This document shows positions 33,648 to 45,584 of a stretch of DNA of 64,000 nt, in pieces. The position numbers and the translations under genes were made by a program. This stretch comes from an uncultured Methanosarcinaceae archaeon (GTDB lineage: Archaea; Halobacteriota; Methanosarcinia; Methanosarcinales; Methanosarcinaceae). The stretch covers positions 128,001-192,000 of the forward strand of contig CAWHXP010000005.1 in the NCBI GenBank assembly GCA_963833425.1, written 5' to 3'. The first letter of the stretch is position 1, and each line of letters starts with the position of its first letter. Under the pieces are notes generated by a model. That model ran no database searches. It was not told the origin of the DNA and was given only the letters and a program-made list of their open reading frames with translations.

Positions 33648-34517
33648 TTATCTAGTGGATACAAATATATAATTATTATTCATATTTTTGGAATCGAGAA
33701 AGTCCTCCTTTAAAATGTAGCCATTACTAAGCAAAATTTTTTGTACTTGTGTATATTTGTCTCCAAAAGATTCAATCCAAATGGTCGGTTTATATTTTTG
33801 AATAGTTAACGAAGCTCCCTTTAATACTTCAACTTCGAATCCTTCAACATCGATTTTGATAAAGTCAATCATTTTTTCATTTATTTTCACATCATCTAAT
33901 TTTTTCAATTTTAAATTTCCATTTTCATCTTCTTTTATCGAAGTACCTCCTAAATTATTACTCAAATTACCATCATAATCTATTGAAGCTCTGCAAGTTT
34001 TTGAACCTAAAGCAAAATTGTATATTTCAACTTTGGAAGTTAATTCATTTAATTCGACATTCTTTTTCAACACATTAAACAAATCATCCCTAGGTTCAAA
34101 AGCATATATATTTTTAGCTCCTAATATTTTCCCAAAATACAGAACATGATTTCCAACATTACTTCCAATATCTATTATAACAGAGTTTTTATCGATGTAT
34201 TTTTCCATAGTTCTTAAGATATCAATCTCATAAAACTTTTTAGTTGTGATAATACTCTTCTGAATAAAATCTCTTTTGTTGGGTAAGAATATTTTTATTG
34301 TCTGATAAGTAAAGTTATTTTTCTTTTCATTAATAGTAAATATATTATCTTTATTGTTAAGCCTGGTGATAGTCTCTAAACAATTAATATATAATTGACT
34401 CATATCATTTAAATAAAGATATATTTGGTATAAATGCTGAATTTTCTTTCCACTAGCACGGGCTTTTTCTTTTCTCTCAAAAATTATCTCTTTTAAAGTT
34501 ATTTTAATTTCCTCCAT
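33648..34517 (-). CDS. FkbM-family SAM-dependent methyltransferase
   Basis: IIDIGSNVGNH, IYAFEP, NFALGS, IDFIKIDVEGFEVEVLKGA. Confidence 0.9.
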   Translation of the reverse strand: MEEIKITLKEIIFERKEKARASGKKIQHLYQIYLYLNDMSQLYINCLETITRLNNKDNIFTINEKKNNFTYQTIKIFLPNKRDFIQKSIITTKKFYEIDILRTMEKYIDKNSVIIDIGSNVGNHVLYFGKILGAKNIYAFEPRDDLFNVLKKNVELNELTSKVEIYNFALGSKTCRASIDYDGNLSNNLGGTSIKEDENGNLKLKKLDDVKINEKMIDFIKIDVEGFEVEVLKGASLTIQKYKPTIWIESFGDKYTQVQKILLSNGYILKEDFLDSKNMNNNYIFVSTR

Positions 34518-34808
34518 CAAAGTGATTATTTTTATTGACTGATCTATTTAACTATGTACTAACATTGTATCCATAGAGAATTATTAAGATTTATGTGCTT
34601 TAAGGAAGAATAACTTCGATATTTGCTTATCCTTGTTGGTACTCTATTCTTGAGGTTGTTTACTCAAAGAAACCTTAATTTTGGACTTATTCAATTTAGC
34701 CTTGAAACCTTTAGACGAAAAAAAAATCTTAGCCTTGAAGCTGTAAGAGTTTTAATTTGATACTTATGTCGCGCTAGAAGGTTCACTGTCATACAAACAA
34801 GTTGCACT

Positions 34809-35246
34809 TCATACTACAGGTACAAAAGCACCGCCATAATCGCCGTTGTTAGGTCTGCTGCGCTTAGCTCTAAAATTTCTGGCATGGGTTGGGCGTCCAT
34901 GGATAACATTTATCGAAACATGCGCTGATGCATTACTGTAATTTGTAATATCATTAGGTATGAAATCAGCTTGTAATGTCTGCGTACCTACACTCAGTAA
35001 AGTTCCTAGGGGTGGAGTATAGACAAAGGTTCCAGGTATTGCGGCTTTAGATGCTGGATCCGAAGCAAATGCATTTAGCTGCGTGCTGTTCAATGTTTTT
35101 CCATAGATTATGTCAGCAGGACTATTCTAAATAATTATTGAGATAACCCGCTGCGTTGCGACCGCTTCAGCTGAGATCCCCACTAGCATTAAAATTATAG
35201 CTGTTGAGACTAAAGCTATCGAATAAAATTTATGTTCATCGATCAC
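34809..35246 (-). pseudogene. Secreted Ig-like repeat protein with one in-frame amber codon
   Basis: Signal-like FYSIALVSTAIILMLVGISAEA, then II*NSPADIIYGKTLNSTQLNA...PGTFVYTPPLGTLLSVGTQTL..DFIPND; TAG at 35127-35129, probably replacing Trp. Confidence 0.6.
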
Positions 35247-36099
35247 GTATTTTTACTCTTTTCCCATATTATTAAAGCTAGAAATAATGAGACAGTTATA
35301 TTTGATATCAAATACTTCTCAATATATTTCTAGTAGTGCAGCATCTCTAATTTTTGATATCCAATAAGCTATTAAAGCGATTATAATTGAAAAATTTTAT
35401 ATTGTTTTTTAGTAATTCTAGATTAAAAATGTTAGAATATTGCAAAAGCAAGCATAAATCATAGAAAGCAATACTTTGGGAAGTAAACTTGTTGCATATT
35501 TTATGTAATATGTGTCTTCATTTATACAAATTTATTGTCCAATTAGAGATAGATAGTCTCTCACTGTGGCTATGAATTAAAATGGGTTTAAGTTATAACA
35601 TTTCAATAGTACATATCATTCCCATAACAATTAGCACTAAACCAGTACCTTCCACATATTTCAAATTTTTCTCGGAGAGCCCAATTTCGATATAGTTGTT
35701 TTGTTTAAGTGTGAACAATATTCCTGTTTTATTAAAAGAACACTCAATCTTAAGTAATGTTTTATCAGGTTTTGTTTCATCAGGTCTTTGTGGGATCGCT
35801 TTTGATTAGTTGGATCCTTGGGTACATATGGGAGAGAACCTATAAACTGGCCGAAAGCCTTGTGTTGTATTTCCATTCCATGGCTGTAATATTGTTCGTT
35901 GCTGTGTCGATACAGGAACGGTGCCTTGTGACCATTTGACACATATGCTTTTGTTCTACACTTGGCGAAAAAAGCACGTGTGTGCATAAAAATATTCAAT
36001 TTTGGATAATTTTTTATAGTTAGACCAGGTGTTGGGACATACCCGATTGCTTGCAGCGAGGTGTGCACATCAAATTTGATGTGAAAAATTCATTATTTA

Positions 36100-36340
36100 A
36101 TTAGAAAAATCAATGATGACCCAATTACACCCTTAAAAGAAAGAAAGCGAAGAGAAAATACAGGAATAATTTCACTTAATTTTTTATAATATTAAATATG
36201 ATGAAAAGAGTGTAGTCGAGACAATTGTTTCTGTCTACAAAAGGAAATTTGGAAAAGTACTTAGGACAAGAAAGTTCCGTAACCAATTGTAAAAGTAAAC
36301 TTTAAACTGATAATTTATAACATAAATAAAGAGTATTTGA
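36100..36340 (+). mobile_element. IS5-like transposase C-terminal remnant
   Basis: Degenerate SVVETIVSVYKRKFGKVLRTRKFRNQ. Confidence 0.45.
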
Positions 36341-36662
36341 ACTAATTTGGATTAAATCAAAGATTTTTACATATACTATCTTCCAAAACAATTTTAGTAT
36401 CAACTTCCTTTTTTTTGTTTAATTTCTTCTATCGTTAATGTTAGCAAATAAGCAGCCGAAACTTATATACGGGACTAGCGTCGAAGTCGATGCTTGCATC
36501 CAATGGGCTGAAGACCTAGTGGTTTTATGCTTTGTCCTATTTAATTGTCAATACACCATTATAGAACTTAAATTGATGCTTAATCTGGAAAAAGATGTCT
36601 ATTTAATGAACTATTATCATTTTTGCCAATATGTTGAAATATAACTAATAAAAATATAACTG

Positions 36663-38159
36663 ATGTTTTGGACCATGTATAACATAACTGCCATCTATTC
36701 TAATATCCTTAAAATAGATCCTATCAAGCGCCAGAGTATAATATCATTGTTCTGGCAGATAGCATTCACAGCTATAGGTTTTCTGAGTACAATGTACTTC
36801 GCACGTACCGTAGGTGCTACAGTTCTCGGTGCATATTTTCTGTTTTAATCATACAACGGCATTTTTAATTTGGTTACAGACGGGGGATTTGGTGGAGCCG
36901 CAACCAAACGTATCAGTGAAGGAAAAGAACCTGATGAATATTTTAGTGCATCTATTATACTTCGGTTAGCATTCACTATACTCGTAGTACTCATTTTGCT
37001 CGTGTTTAAAGATTATTTTGTCGAGATTAATTACTCAGGTATATTTGTCTGGCTGCTGCTTTCATTGCTGGTAACTATGATTGCGGGTACTATAGCAAAC
37101 GGAGTTGCCGGCATGGGTAAAATTGGAATACACAACACCTGTATTGGCATAAAAAATATTTCATGTGTCCTATTTCAGATCCCGGCAATATATCTCGGAT
37201 ATGAGACTGCAGGTCTGGCTGGAGGTATGGTGGCTGGAGCAGTAGTGGCAGCAATAATTGAATTTCGTTTTTTCGATTTGCGTTTCGTAAGTTTCAAATG
37301 GGTCCACATAAAAAGTTTATCAGTATTTTCATTTTGGTTATTTTTAACTACTAGTGGAATGATGGTGTTTTCGCAGGCTGATACTATTATCATTGGACAT
37401 TTATTAGACATGGTCAATGTAGGCATTTACAGGATTACGCTCCAGTTCACAATGGTTGCTTCATTTAGCACAAATGCAATACGCTATACGCTTTGGCCCC
37501 GTATCAGCCGCTGGGGTAAAACTAACGAAATTGATATGGTGGAGGCGTCCCTGTCACGTGCTATTAGCTACTCATTGATACTGGCAATTCCTGTGTTTGT
37601 GGGTGGTGTTTTATTGGGTGATCGCCTGCTACTTCAATTCTATGGTGCAGACTTTGCTCGTGGCTACCAAACATTAATAATACTACTTGCTGTACAAGTG
37701 GTTAATGTATTCCAGTTTTTATTTACCATGTACCTGGATGCTCTAGATAATCCTAAAGAATCGTTTAAAGTAACTGCAATTGGCGTTGTTGCAAATATCG
37801 TGTTGAATTTTATACTAATTCCAATTATAGGTGTAAGCGGTGCAGCAATCGCAACTCTAACAACAATGATATTAAATGTTTTACTCGCAAGACGTTCATT
37901 ATCAAAACTTATGAAAATACGAGTGGAGCATCACAGCCTGTTGAATATTTCTATGGCTTCGATTGTAATGGGAGCACTGGTAGGTGGGTATCGTTTACTT
38001 ATACCACTTTCCAATATATGGATTACACTGGGTGCCGTTATTGTCGGAGGGGTGGCATATAGTGTCCTTGTACTGAAACTTGATAGACAGATTTGTAATG
38101 ATCTGCGAAAAATTGTGGAAGGGATGGGTATTGGAGTGATATGGCCTGGATGGTTGTAA
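36663..38159 (+). pseudogene. Wzx/MOP-family oligosaccharide flippase with one in-frame TAA
   Basis: YFARTVGATVLGAYFLF*SYNGIFNLVTDGGFGGA...ADTIIIG...VGIYR...NIVLNFILIPIIGVSGAAIAT; many transmembrane segments; TAA at 36846-36848. Confidence 0.85.
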
Positions 38160-38164
38160 ATTGT

Positions 38165-38509
38165 GGTTCCGTTGCAAAAATTCAAGAAAATATGTAGATC
38201 TATAAATAATGAATAAAAATCAAAATATTCAAGGAAAATGTACCAACATTATAAAACTATACCTAACAATTGATTAATGTATTTGACTTCATTAAGAACA
38301 GAGTAATTTAAATTATTGACTTGTCTTTTTTTAACCGTATTCATAGCTTCAATTACTTTTAAAGTCTTATTAGCAGATCGAAAAGATTGAAATCCTAACA
38401 TTGGATTAACGATTCGCTTTAATAGATCTAAGATCTTGTTCTATAATGTTATTCAAATATCTGGTTTGTCTTATTTCAATATTTTTGAACAAGTTCTTCT
38501 TATTTTCAG
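38165..38509 (-). mobile_element. Second IS6 copy (3' end only), same orientation as the first
   Basis: Begins GGTTCCGTTGCAAAAA and closely parallels 32216-32560. Confidence 0.88.
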
Positions 38510-38657
38510 GGTTATGGTGCAAAAATAATATTTCCGTAATGTGATGCTATAATTCTTACCTTTTGTATTATTTTTCCCTTGATGTTATTAATTAAATTTC
38601 CTAATTATGAAGTTTTCATTGATTTTGCAACAAAGACAGATTTTTTGCACCAGAACC
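38510..38657. mobile_element. 148-bp MITE of a diverged subfamily, abutting the truncated IS6
   Basis: GGTTATGGTGCAAAAA...TTTTTGCACCAGAACC terminal repeats; same length as the other MITEs. Confidence 0.7.
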
Positions 38658-39162
38658 GCTTTTGACTTAGAAAGTATGCAACAAAGAAAAGAAAAATAAA
38701 GAATTAATTTAAAAATAAAAATGCATTTAATTAGCGAAGATGACAAGACTAATCTAAAATGTCAAAAAGTTGATCTTGTAGCTGCAGGGGATGAGAATCC
38801 TGCAGCTTGATACAATGCCCAAGTAAAGGTTCCAGAAAACCTTTGTATTAAAACTAGATTTAATTTTATATATATTTTTTGCATATATTCTAAATACTAC
38901 TAACCTAAACTAATTAGTAATTGAAATTAAGTATTCCATATCTCGTAATTGTAACATAAGATAGCTGTTCAATGTTAGTCAATAAATGACTTAATCTCAT
39001 GTCCTACAACAGACTGATAATTAATTTTAAGTGAAAATCGCCCTAACTCACTCGAGAAAGTGCCATAAATCGCCCCACAATCGCTCTTCTCCTGCTCTAT
39101 ATATTACCAGAATTCACATTTTATTATGTTTTTTTCAATTAGCAGTATATTAATTTATATAA

Positions 39163-39474
39163 TTTTAAAGTAATAAAAGTATATGGAAAATATCTCGTGG
39201 GTACTTACCGTGCAAAGCCGGCAAAATATGGGGATTCAGTTTTGTCGGGAAACGACTTATTCTCAGGCTCTTGCGAGACTTTTATTGAGAGTCCCATAAA
39301 TTCATTGCCCTGCTTAGAAAATGTCTCTAACGACCTTATAATGACTCCTATTTGATTTGATACGACGCATATACATCCCACTTGCATGCAGAACAAAAAT
39401 AACTTAATATTAAATACAAGCTTAGCTAATATTAATCATAAAAAATAAAAAACGGTGTTCACAATGGCACGTCC
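39163..39474 (+). repeat. Diverged direct repeat of 31448-31750 (region upstream of the terS-like gene plus its first codons)
   Basis: Shared blocks TTTTAAAGTAATAAAA.TATATG, GACTTTTATT..GAGTCCC and TAATATTAA...AAAAATAAAAAACGGTGTT...ATG(C/G)CACGTCC. Confidence 0.75.
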
Positions 39475-40202
39475 ATCATTACTATTATAAGGGGTGATTT
39501 TAATATGGCAGAGGAAAAAGATTAAAGTGAACAGGGAGAACTTAATAAGGATTCTCTGAAATCATTGCTTAAAGAAAAGCAAAGAAAACAGGTTCGTTCA
39601 GATTATCGGCGTAGTCTGGGCAGCGAAGCTGGTAGAAGATATAAGGAATGAGTTAATAAAAAAAATATTAAAGTATAATGATTTAATACATTATGCAGAA
39701 CAGATCGATAAGTTTTCAAAAATAAGTTAGATACTGTTGGTATGTTCAACATCAACAGTATTTCTCTACCCAATTCATGATGAACTTTGATTTCCATAAT
39801 AGTCAATTTTCACAACACTCATACCCATATACCAAGTTCTATCATATTGCAATTGAGCATTCTTTGGATGTGCGTTTAATAGATTTACTATTTTTTTGTC
39901 TCAATGTCCCTACCTTTAACAATTTCTATATCCTGATAGACCAACGAATTATTAAATATCGTTGAACTATACTCATACTTAAGCTCATTAGAAATCAAAT
40001 TCTAATCACTTGGATTTGTAGTTATCTTTTGATCATCATTAAATAGATATATAGTTACAGATGAATATGTATAACCCGATGAAACTACTTTTAGGCAATT
40101 TATTAGTACTCGTTTATCAACTCCTACTCCCGCTTCAACACGCTCCAATGTAAAAGCAAAAAAATCCATAAAACTTTGAGAAATAATATTTACTTAGGAA
40201 TA

Positions 40203-40586
40203 TTAAAAATATTTTGATAGTCCTTCTAGATCATATTCGCCAGTTTCTTCGATATCGCTCTTATTAATGTAAATATAGTCCACTGCCAGCTTCTTACTAG
40301 CCACCAAATCATCTAAACAAAATCCCAGTGAAGCAAAATTCTGGACCAATTCATCATAGGTTTCTTCAAAAGCTATAAAGACTCCTGGCTCGTCGTAATT
40401 TTGGGCTCCCCTGACAAGGAACTCCATGGCCATAAGTGTCTTTCCGGAACCTGCACTTCCATATACCAGTGTCGTACGACCTTTTGGCAATCCACCATCA
40501 GTGATATCATCAAAACCATCTATGCCAATTGGAGATTTTTCAAGATGCGCTTCTGTTGAAGTTGGGCTCTTTTCTTCAATCATCAA
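40203..40586 (-). pseudogene. kaiC: KaiC 5' portion (N-terminal part of CI domain)
   Basis: LEKSPIGIDGFDDITDGGLPKGRTTLVYGSAGSGKT...FEET...EETGEYDLEGL, then unrelated SKYF* from element sequence. Confidence 0.93.
40217..40235. other. Integrase-distal attachment site
   Basis: ATAGTC-CTTCTAG-ATCATA, where the KaiC N-terminal fragment ends (YDLEGL). Confidence 0.85.
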
Positions 40587-40949
40587 ATGAACATTTTAAT
40601 ATTAATTTTGGAATTATTACATTAAATTACTATTAAATGCCAGGTATTCTTTTTTATAAATCAGCCTGTCTATTATTCAGCTGGAATTAATTGAAGCAAT
40701 AGTCTCAAATTCTAAAAGTTTTTAATATCCTTTAGGATCTTCAAAATTTACCATTAATTTCAACAACATTTGATTGAAATCAACAAAAATCCATCAAATT
40801 GCAAAAAGTTTCCGATTTTTTTATTCAAGGATATTTGTTGTCATGATCATCTAATCGAGGTTTCGATTTCAAAACTTTGAATAATTTTCAATTTTTATTT
40901 TGATTTTTCATATAATTTGGTTTTCTTCAGTAGGGTTTCTTTTTTTACA

Positions 40950-41480
40950 TGGTGCTGTATGAGGATGGTGTCATTGAATTTTTTAATTCATCCTGCTTGA
41001 GTTTGCAAGATGAGCAGTTGCTCTCATTATTTCATTTTCTCTGCATCTGTGAGGCTTTCAGAGCAATGTATATTTTTATTTTGCAAACTTGTTCTTGAAT
41101 AAGTCCTAGGTAGTCATAAATAGAAAAGTTTTTCATTGCATCGAGTGCAAGGCTGCCATTTACACTGAATCAAGAGAATCTTTTTTGTCCCGATGAGAAA
41201 TCTGCCTAAAGAATACATCTCAAAGGCCTTCCTGTTCTGGTCAGTCTAAATCAAAATTTATAGCATGGTTTCATTCAAGGACTCAAGCGAACTAAGAGCT
41301 TTTGCGCTAGGGTTGATAATTACCAAAAGTCTTCTTTCCATTGCTTGAAACTTTCAAGGTCCAAGGCTTCGTATAGATACTTTTGGTATCTATTCCAAAT
41401 ATGCGTATAGTGATTTTATCTCGTGCTGCAATTTTATCCTGGATCAGATTGATAATCTGAATCATCCCAATAGACCATGT
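40950..41480 (-). mobile_element. Degenerate IS630-like transposase remnant
   Basis: Stop-riddled frame with ...FSVNGSLALDAMKNFSIYDYLGLIQEQVCKIKIYIAL. Confidence 0.4.
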
Positions 41481-41894
41481 TTATAAAACATATGTTAACC
41501 ATTTTTCCAAAAATCCTGCGTCGATTTCTTTCTATAACAATGGGACTTCATAAAAATTTAGATATTTGACACTATAATCCACAGATCGTATATAATAATA
41601 TTTTATATATAATTGTTATTCTATATTTTTGATTGACCTTCCGAAAAGCTTAAAAGGAATGTGATTTATTTCAATCAAAAACGTTGACATCGATGCTATT
41701 GTTTTGTGGTTTCTTTTTGTAGAACCCTCATTATATTTGAAAACATGATCCTTTGGCGAGCTTCTAATGTCAGGGCACATATGTTATACAAGGCTGCGGT
41801 CATACCACTGAGACATGTACGCCTAGCAACACGTCCCTTTTAGGAAGAATATTCCGTTCTATCAAATAACTATTCCGGTCCAGGTTTTGATTGA

Positions 41895-42552
41895 GTGAAC
41901 TGTCCAATACATGATTCTAATGAATACAAAATGATTGCTTTTGACATGGATAGTAACTTTATAGACGCTGAGACTATAGACGAGTTCGCCAGGGCTGCAG
42001 GTACTATAGGTAAAGTGGAGAAGATTACGAAGAGAGAGATATGTGGAAACCTTGATTTTGAGCCAGCTCTTGCCGAATGGGTTAGAATTATAAGGGAATT
42101 TCCCCTTGAAACTGACCCCTATTCTGTACACAAGATTCATATTATGCCGGTAGCAACAGGACTTATCCTTCACTTTAAAAGTAAAGGCTATAAGGATGCA
42201 ATGATTTCAGGTGGAGTTACAATTTCTGCCACGGAAGTGTGCAAGGCACTTAATAATAATTCGGTTGTTACCAATGAATTGCTTGTTGAAGATGGCTGTC
42301 TTAAAGGCAAAGTTGTTGGCTCCGTCACGCAAAGTGAAACTAGGGAGGCATTAACAAATCCTATTTAGCAGTTTTTTGGCCAATGCGGGGGTCTAGTTGC
42401 CGGAGAAGGTGCAAATGATGCACTATCTTTGAGAGGGCAAGCTTTGCCACAGCTCCAAGTACATCCTAAGGGAGTGCGGCCATGATCGTTATAGGAAAGA
42501 TCTCAAAGTCATTATCCCTGTTCTTAAAATCTCTTTCTTATCAATTTTGTAA
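41895..42552 (+). pseudogene. serB: Phosphoserine phosphatase (HAD), degenerate with frameshifted 3' end
   Basis: AFDMDSNFIDAETIDEFA, MISGG, NELLVEDGCLKGKVVG; motif IV remnant (GEGAND) lies after the stop. End coordinate approximate. Confidence 0.75.
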
Positions 42553-42632
42553 TCAGGCACAGAATGTCGACATCTAACAATAGAACTACCAAAATGCCAG
42601 CTTTTTTGCTGGATCTGGAGGCACAATAGGAG

Positions 42633-43490
42633 ATGCTAAAAGAATTGCAGAAAAAAAAATCAGATCTGAAGGACATTTCTGAAGAATCTAAGGAAAAAAG
42701 AAACGTTTTGAACGCAGAAGCTAGTACTTTTGCTGCAAAGCGCAATGAACTGAATAAAAAGACAAAAGATCTTATCAACGAAGCTCAGGAATTAAAAATC
42801 CTCAGGGATGAAATTAACGAAAAGGTCAGTGAATACAAGAATAAGCGCGATGATACCAACGCGAAGGCGAATGAACTCTTTTCAGAGGCAGACTCTATCC
42901 GAAAACAAAATAATTTGGCTGGTCCCTCTATAAAAGCTCTTCGAAAAGATATAGATCGGCTTGAATTTACTCAGCAAACCGAAGTCCTGAGCACGAGCAA
43001 GGAAAGAGAGCTCGTTGGGAAGATTACTCAGCTTCAAAAACAGTATCAGGTTAAAAAAGTCCAACTGGAGGGTAATCTAGAACTCAAGATTATTCTCGAT
43101 AAGGCTCAGCAAATCAGAGACGAAGCCTCAATATTTCACACTGATTTGGCTGAGTATGCTAGGCAAGCTCAAGAACACCATGAAAAGATGATTGCAGCTT
43201 TTAAGGAAGCTGATAGAATCAGGGCAGAATCTGACATTGCTCACAGGGAATTCGTAAAAGCCCAGGAAGCAGCTGATGAACAACATAAAATTTTCATAAA
43301 TGCACAGAAGGAAATTAGGGATCTTGATAAAGAAATTTTTAAACTTAAAAAGAAAGACAAAGATGGAAAGTCCCGTGTTGTCAAGTCAGAACTCCAGAAA
43401 GATGCCAAGTCCATCTTTGAAAAGTTCAAGGGTGGAGCAAAACTTACTACTGAAGACCTGATGACTCTTCAAAGATCTGGTTTAGTCTAA
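42633..43490 (+). CDS. Conserved archaeal coiled-coil protein
   Basis: Heptad-rich; LEFTQQTEVLSTSKERELV and FEKFKGGAKLTTEDLMTLQ; GGAG RBS. Confidence 0.85.
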   Translation: MLKELQKKKSDLKDISEESKEKRNVLNAEASTFAAKRNELNKKTKDLINEAQELKILRDEINEKVSEYKNKRDDTNAKANELFSEADSIRKQNNLAGPSIKALRKDIDRLEFTQQTEVLSTSKERELVGKITQLQKQYQVKKVQLEGNLELKIILDKAQQIRDEASIFHTDLAEYARQAQEHHEKMIAAFKEADRIRAESDIAHREFVKAQEAADEQHKIFINAQKEIRDLDKEIFKLKKKDKDGKSRVVKSELQKDAKSIFEKFKGGAKLTTEDLMTLQRSGLV

Positions 43491-44289
43491 TTAATAGCTT
43501 AAAACAAAATTTGCATCTATGAAATTTTTTAATTTACTTGCAGGTTATTTGACCTGCATTCTATTTTTGATCTTAAATTATATGTTTGATTATGTATCAA
43601 TTATGCGTTACTATTTGTTTCAAAGATTATGCAAAAAGCGTGTACATAAATCATAATAATTTTATAAAATTTGTATTGACTCTAGTGCTGATTAGACAAG
43701 AGGTAGCAGTAGCAATGGTTTTCAAAATACCTTTATAGAATATAATATATTAGATAGATGTTATTGTGTAGTTATTGCAAACAAAGGCGTCATTGACAAA
43801 TTTTAAGCTCTAAGTTTAGGTATACAACTATTTTAAGAAACAAATTGATAATTAATACACATCGTAGTCTTGTAGCCAGGAAAGAATATTCTGTACCAAA
43901 TAATTTAAAAATCACTTATTCATTTATTCTGAAAAACAACTGCCTTCCAAACACTGCCGTCGGAAATTACCTGTATTCAAGTTTCACATCTGGCGTTGGT
44001 GTTAATTTTGAACTTGTGAAAACTGTGAGCAAAAGCGGATCGCTTAAAAGGAATTTCTTCTGAAATGAAGCAATTTATTAGGAGTTACAAATAACTTAAA
44101 AAAATAGATGAAGAAAATAGAACCATAACAGGATCACCGAAAGAGAGCTAGAATCGAGACTTAATAGAATTATCTCACATTTATCAAGATATCTAAAAAA
44201 TATGTGTTAAAATTCTTAAATAAGTTTGTCGTCCATAATTGAATTATTGATATTTTCATGATCAAATTTGACGTGAAAGTACTATAACT

Positions 44290-45430
44290 AAAATAGTTTC
44301 TCACATATTTCGGATACTTTTTTCATAATTGTGATTTTTTTTCACTATTATTTTATTTGTGTATCAACAGAGAATACCCCAATCTCAAAAATACTTCTCT
44401 TTGGAATTCTCCTTATTGCTGCTCTTGTTCATCTTTTAATATCTCGTTATTTGCAAGCAGACGCAATATAATTGTGAAGATTTTCCTCGCTAAAGCGATA
44501 TTGCCTTTGTCTCTGCAATTGATGTCGCCTTCAGTTAAAGTATTTTTGAATTTTGCTATATTTTGTTCTGCTACTGGAGAGCAATTTGGCTAGAATCTAT
44601 CTTAACATCTTTGATCTAATTTTTTTTATCCTGTCGTTGTAAGATTCATCCGCACATTTGTACACATTTGGAAAAACTTCAAGTTATGGAACAAGCTTAT
44701 CTCCTAAAAAAATATTTAAATTTGGTTATTTTAGCAATTAGAGTTACTGCACTAATTTATCAATGCTATGAACAGAGATAGAATTTAATAAAAAATGATA
44801 TTTAGTCGCACTTTGGATCTAAACTTCGTAGTATGGAGGACAGGAATTATGAGCTGATCCGAAGATTCAAAGCAACAACTTCACCACTTCATGATTCAAG
44901 TATAGATTTATCTGAAAAAATGTAGTGCCTTACAAAGTCAAAGAGTACTTTGGAGAAAAATCAAAGGTTACGATGCAACAATGGAAAAAGTAGTAAAAAG
45001 AAGACTCTCGGGAATGAGTGATATATTCAAAAACAAGAGGAGGATTAAAAGAGTTTCAGGAGAACGAATCGACACCCTGGCTTAAAAGATATTCAGAGTA
45101 GTAAAAGTTCTTGTCACTGCTATTCGAAGATTAAATTTGAGGATGCGTATATAGTTTTTTTTAAAGAGGATTCTGATAAACCTCTTATTTTCAAGAATAT
45201 CTATATACCCCTTATATGAATATTACCAAATTTAGGGATTTATCCTTAACCTCTATAATCCCTATAGTTTGACGACATTGAGACTAAAAAGACTATTTTT
45301 AGGATAGTGGGATCTATCTTCGAAATCAAAGCAATAATGAGACAGAAATGAAAAAATAGGGTCAAATGCAGAAATTAGCGAGAAGGATTTGGGCAGGATT
45401 CCCGCAAAAAAAATAAGGTAAATTGGAATT
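44290..45430. mobile_element. Decayed IS110 fragment (minus strand) joined to IS5 fragment (plus strand), copy 1
   Basis: Minus strand: SAVTLIAKI...PNVYKCAD...IALARKIFTII. Plus strand: SHFG.KL...YELIRRFKATTSPLHDSSIDLSE...KVLVTAIRRLNLRM. Boundaries approximate. Confidence 0.6.
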
Positions 45431-45584
45431 CTCTATAATTAAATAACATTACAAAAGTAAAATATAAAAGTGAATGCTTGAATAAAAAGAAACTAGGCCG
45501 CTTAATTTTCTCAAGCTAAACAAAACGGGATAATTTGAGAGTGGAGTTTTCAGACTGAATTAGGCATAGTGTGATTCTCTCTGC

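Larger units (their letters stand above)
23004..40229. mobile_element. ~17.2-kb integrative element (PICI/virus-satellite-like) inserted in kaiC
   Basis: Bounded by matching 8-bp cores that split kaiC in register. Contains integrase, regulators, Prim-Pol/P-loop gene, terminase-small-like gene and cargo. Confidence 0.88.

Noticed and set aside
35661..36068. 135-aa minus-strand ORF as a cargo gene
   Set aside because: No recognisable motif or RBS; possibly the shadow of a decayed plus-strand membrane gene.
23004..40229. A currently functional excision switch for kaiC in this strain
   Set aside because: Excision would still leave three nonsense codons, and the att spacers differ by one base.
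23004..40229. Complete provirus or conjugative element
   Set aside because: No recognisable capsid, portal, large terminase, tail, relaxase or VirB4-like gene.
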